Source of the DNA: Carcharhinus longimanus
Taxonomy: Eukaryota
DNA: 64,000 nucleotides
Direction: 5' to 3'
NCBI GenBank assembly: GCA_030264375.1
Contig: JASCQW010000061.1
Coordinates: forward strand, 64,930,420-64,994,419
This document shows positions 61,401-64,000 of the stretch, piece by piece (the stretch's first letter is position 1; each line of letters starts with the position of its first letter). The position numbers and the translations under genes were made by a program. The notes under the pieces were generated by a model, which was not told where the DNA came from, did not search any database, and was given only the letters and a program-made list of their open reading frames with translations.

Positions 61401-61500
61401 TAAATAGTTCTAGTAGTTAATAAAGGCTTACAGTTAACATATAGAAGACAATGGAGACTTTTTCAAGACATATCAATCTGTAACCAACACCATCCCAACA
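58456..61500 (+). mobile_element. Gypsy-like LTR element, gag plus protease only, both LTRs (copy B)
   Basis: The 5' LTR ends caacaccctcccaaca (58724) and the 3' LTR ends caacaccatcccaaca (61500). PBS-like tgatggcagcgggcagat at 58725-58742. Gag DLLQAKKDLTLEKTIQIVR; knuckle CPASAAQCFQCNMIGY; protease remnant FWNVDISVND; terminal LRYGRLIRP at ~61075. It splits an older CR1 fragment. Confidence 0.85.
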
Positions 61501-61594
61501 GTAACAAGTTATTGCAAAAAATATCTTGCTCATGTTGTTTCTGGTTCTTTTGCCAATCACTTTAAATCTACATCCTTCTAAATTACTCTTTCTA

Positions 61595-61845
61595 GTAAGG
61601 CGTTTGATAAGGTTCACCACGGTAGGCTTCTGCAGAAAATGCAGATGTATGGGATTGAGGGTAATCTAGNNNNNNNNNNNNNNNNNNNNNNNNNNNNNNN
61701 NNNNNNNNNNNNNNNNNNNNNNNNNNNNNNNNNNNNNNNNNNNNNNNNNNNNNNNNNNNNNNNNNNNNNTTTTTTAACTGGTCGGCGCAACATCGTGGGC
61801 CGAAGGGCCTGTTCTGCGCTGTAATGTTCTATGTTCTATGTTCTA
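61595..61845 (+). mobile_element. Young CR1 insertion with (TTCTATG)n tail, mostly gap
   Basis: KAFDKVHHGRLLQKMQMYGIEG before the gap and gggccgaagggcctgttctgcgctgtaatgttctatgttctatg after it. Confidence 0.85.
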
Positions 61846-63613
61846 AAACCATTTACGATTTTGAAAACTTTCGTCAGAGCGCTTCAACCTTCTCTGCTCT
61901 ATGGACAACATCTAGTTTCTCCATTTTCTCTATCTGATTGCGGTCTCTCATCCTTGGTGTCATTCACGTGACTCTTCAGTATTCTCTTTTGTTAAGGTAT
62001 AGATATCGTTCCTGAAGTCTGGTGACTAGAATTTGATATATTAGTGTTTCTAAAAGGTTTCACGTAAAGTTGTAAAACATTTAGTTGTGTAGTGCCTGTA
62101 TTTTCAGGGCTGCAGTGCAGTTTTTGGTCCAAACTGATGTCATAGTGCAGGCTATGTTAGGTACCATAATAGATAAGTTGCTAGCGCATGTGCTGAGAGT
62201 GCACACAAGACATCTGCAGAGTAGTCAGATCATGCCTTGGCCAGTGTGCAGCGCTCACCTAACTTTATTAGTGCTTTAATGTGCCAACTAATTTTTTTTA
62301 ATCTCACACAGCTACACATGCATTCAGAAGCAAGAAATAGACCACAGCCCCATCCCAATGCCCCCGAAAGTTATGAAAAGGAATTGCCAACTATTTTCAA
62401 ATTAGTTGCTGATTGATTTCTATGGGCTATTGCTGAGTTAGTAGGAGCCTTTGGTGGTAATGTTACTTGAAATTCACAATGGCTGGGATGGTACATGACA
62501 AAGGCTTTGTTCTCACTGAGGTTTCTGCTCATACCACTTGTCTTGATCTTTGCTCCTGCAGTTTCTAATCATTTTCACATGCAGCATGATAGGGAGAATG
62601 AGAACACAGAGGAGGGCAAGTTACTGGCAGAGGGAGGAGAAAGAGGCAATGGAGGAACTCTCAGCAGCAGGGCATATCCAGCCTGCATCCTCAGAAGCTC
62701 AACCTCAGTGAGATACAGTGAGCCAGACTCTCATTATGAAGGCATGTAGCTCAAGTTGGGAAATTCCCCCAACAGGGAAGACCTAATCCATCAAACCTAA
62801 TATTTGCACTGGAATGTGAGAGGTGCTGCTGTGCAGGAGAGAATCAGGTTCACCGTCCCTGCAAATATATTGGCAGCATCCATGGGCTGGTTAAGAGTCC
62901 CATCTTGGTTCTCTGGGACTTTGTCTGCTTTTTTAAATTAAATCTTAAGCTTTTTAGCACTCACACCCAATCCACAACCCCTTGCCCCTTCATCCACTCC
63001 CCATGCCACGTCTATGCTACTCTAGATCAAATCATGCCCCCCCCACAGCCCTATGCCACCCTAATGCCAATTCATCCACCACGCTTGGCGCTCACTTCCT
63101 GCATGTCAAGTCATCCAGTATTCATCACAACCAGACCTCAGAAATCATGTTGAGAAGAAATAAAATAAAGGTCCACAATTATAATACATCACAATAATAA
63201 AATCCCATTAATGACAGCCCACTAAAACCTTTTAAAACTCAAATGGTTTAACTCTCATGGAAGGAAACTTCTGTTCATTGCTCCACATCAAAAACAGCTA
63301 ATCCTTTAATCAACTATTTGAGCCGTCAATCAAACAATGAACTTAGAACTTATAGCTTGTGAAAATCAGCCAGGAATTCATAAAGAAGTTGTTTGTTTCC
63401 TTTCTATTTATCAAGGGGCCACACGGTGAAGCCTTCCATTGTTTGCTGGAGCAGAGAGAGAGAGCTAAGATTTTACCTGTTAAAAACCTGTTTAAAATAA
63501 GTTTAAAGCACTTNNNNNNNNNNNNNNNNNNNNNNNNNNNNNNNNNNNNNNNNNNNNNNNNNNNNNNNNNNNNNNNNNNNNNNNNNNNNNNNNNNNNNNN
63601 NNNNNNNNNNNNN

Positions 63614-63686
63614 TTGAATGGTGGGGCAGGCTCGAAGGGCTAGATGGCCTACTCCTGCTCCTATTTCTTATGTTCTTATGTTCTTA
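63614..63686 (+). mobile_element. Young CR1 3' end, after a gap
   Basis: ggggcaggctcgaagggctagatggcctactcctgctcctatttcttatgttcttatg. Confidence 0.85.
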
Positions 63687-64000
63687 TTTTTAAGAGGTTT
63701 GTACATTTAAATAAGTTCACATTATGACAGGTTCACAGCCCTTATCCACCTTTCACGAACTGTCAGGTCTATTCCATAATTCTGTGACTCCCACATTGAA
63801 GGCTAAGGCCCTTGCTATAGTAAATCTTGGGATGTGTTTGAATTCAGCACTGAGTTTAAATGGCCCAGATCAGTTCAGATGTCCCTCATGTCTGAAGCAC
63901 AACACCCACTAGGAACTGTCCAAGTTAATTGTGTCTCCAGTTCCCCATGCCCATTTTTAGAGCTAAGAGTCCCTACAGGACTTCCAATGGATGAAAAATC

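Noticed and set aside
22000-64000. Exons of cyp7b1, the downstream neighbour in mammals
   Set aside because: No P450 motifs (e.g. FxxGxxxCxG) seen in the ORF track or by eye; short exons could have been missed.

Overview
Eukaryotic vertebrate DNA, most likely a shark or ray: it carries many HE1-like V-SINEs, a DeuSINE, CR1 LINEs, Penelope-type termini and Harbinger fossils, plus several N gaps. The only host gene I can support is the single-exon neural bHLH transcription factor bhlhe22 (Bhlhb5/Beta3) at 20015-20863 (+). It lies in a ~10 kb CpG-retaining, transposon-poor domain with several candidate enhancers. The rest is a dense, nested transposon landscape: CR1, L2, RTE and Rex1-like LINE pieces, three SINE families, two related gag-protease-only LTR elements, a solo LTR, and a decayed two-gene Harbinger element containing a palindromic 53-bp minisatellite. 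The most unusual observations concern element architecture: (i) a non-autonomous gag/protease-only LTR lineage, (ii) a deletion series linking a tRNA-headed SINE to both ends of a LINE, (iii) one V-SINE body with two different LINE tails, and (iv) CR1 copies containing insertions templated from themselves. I found no convincing new host gene system. Repeat boundaries were read by eye and are approximate (about +/-20-50 bp), and family names come from remembered motifs, not database searches.
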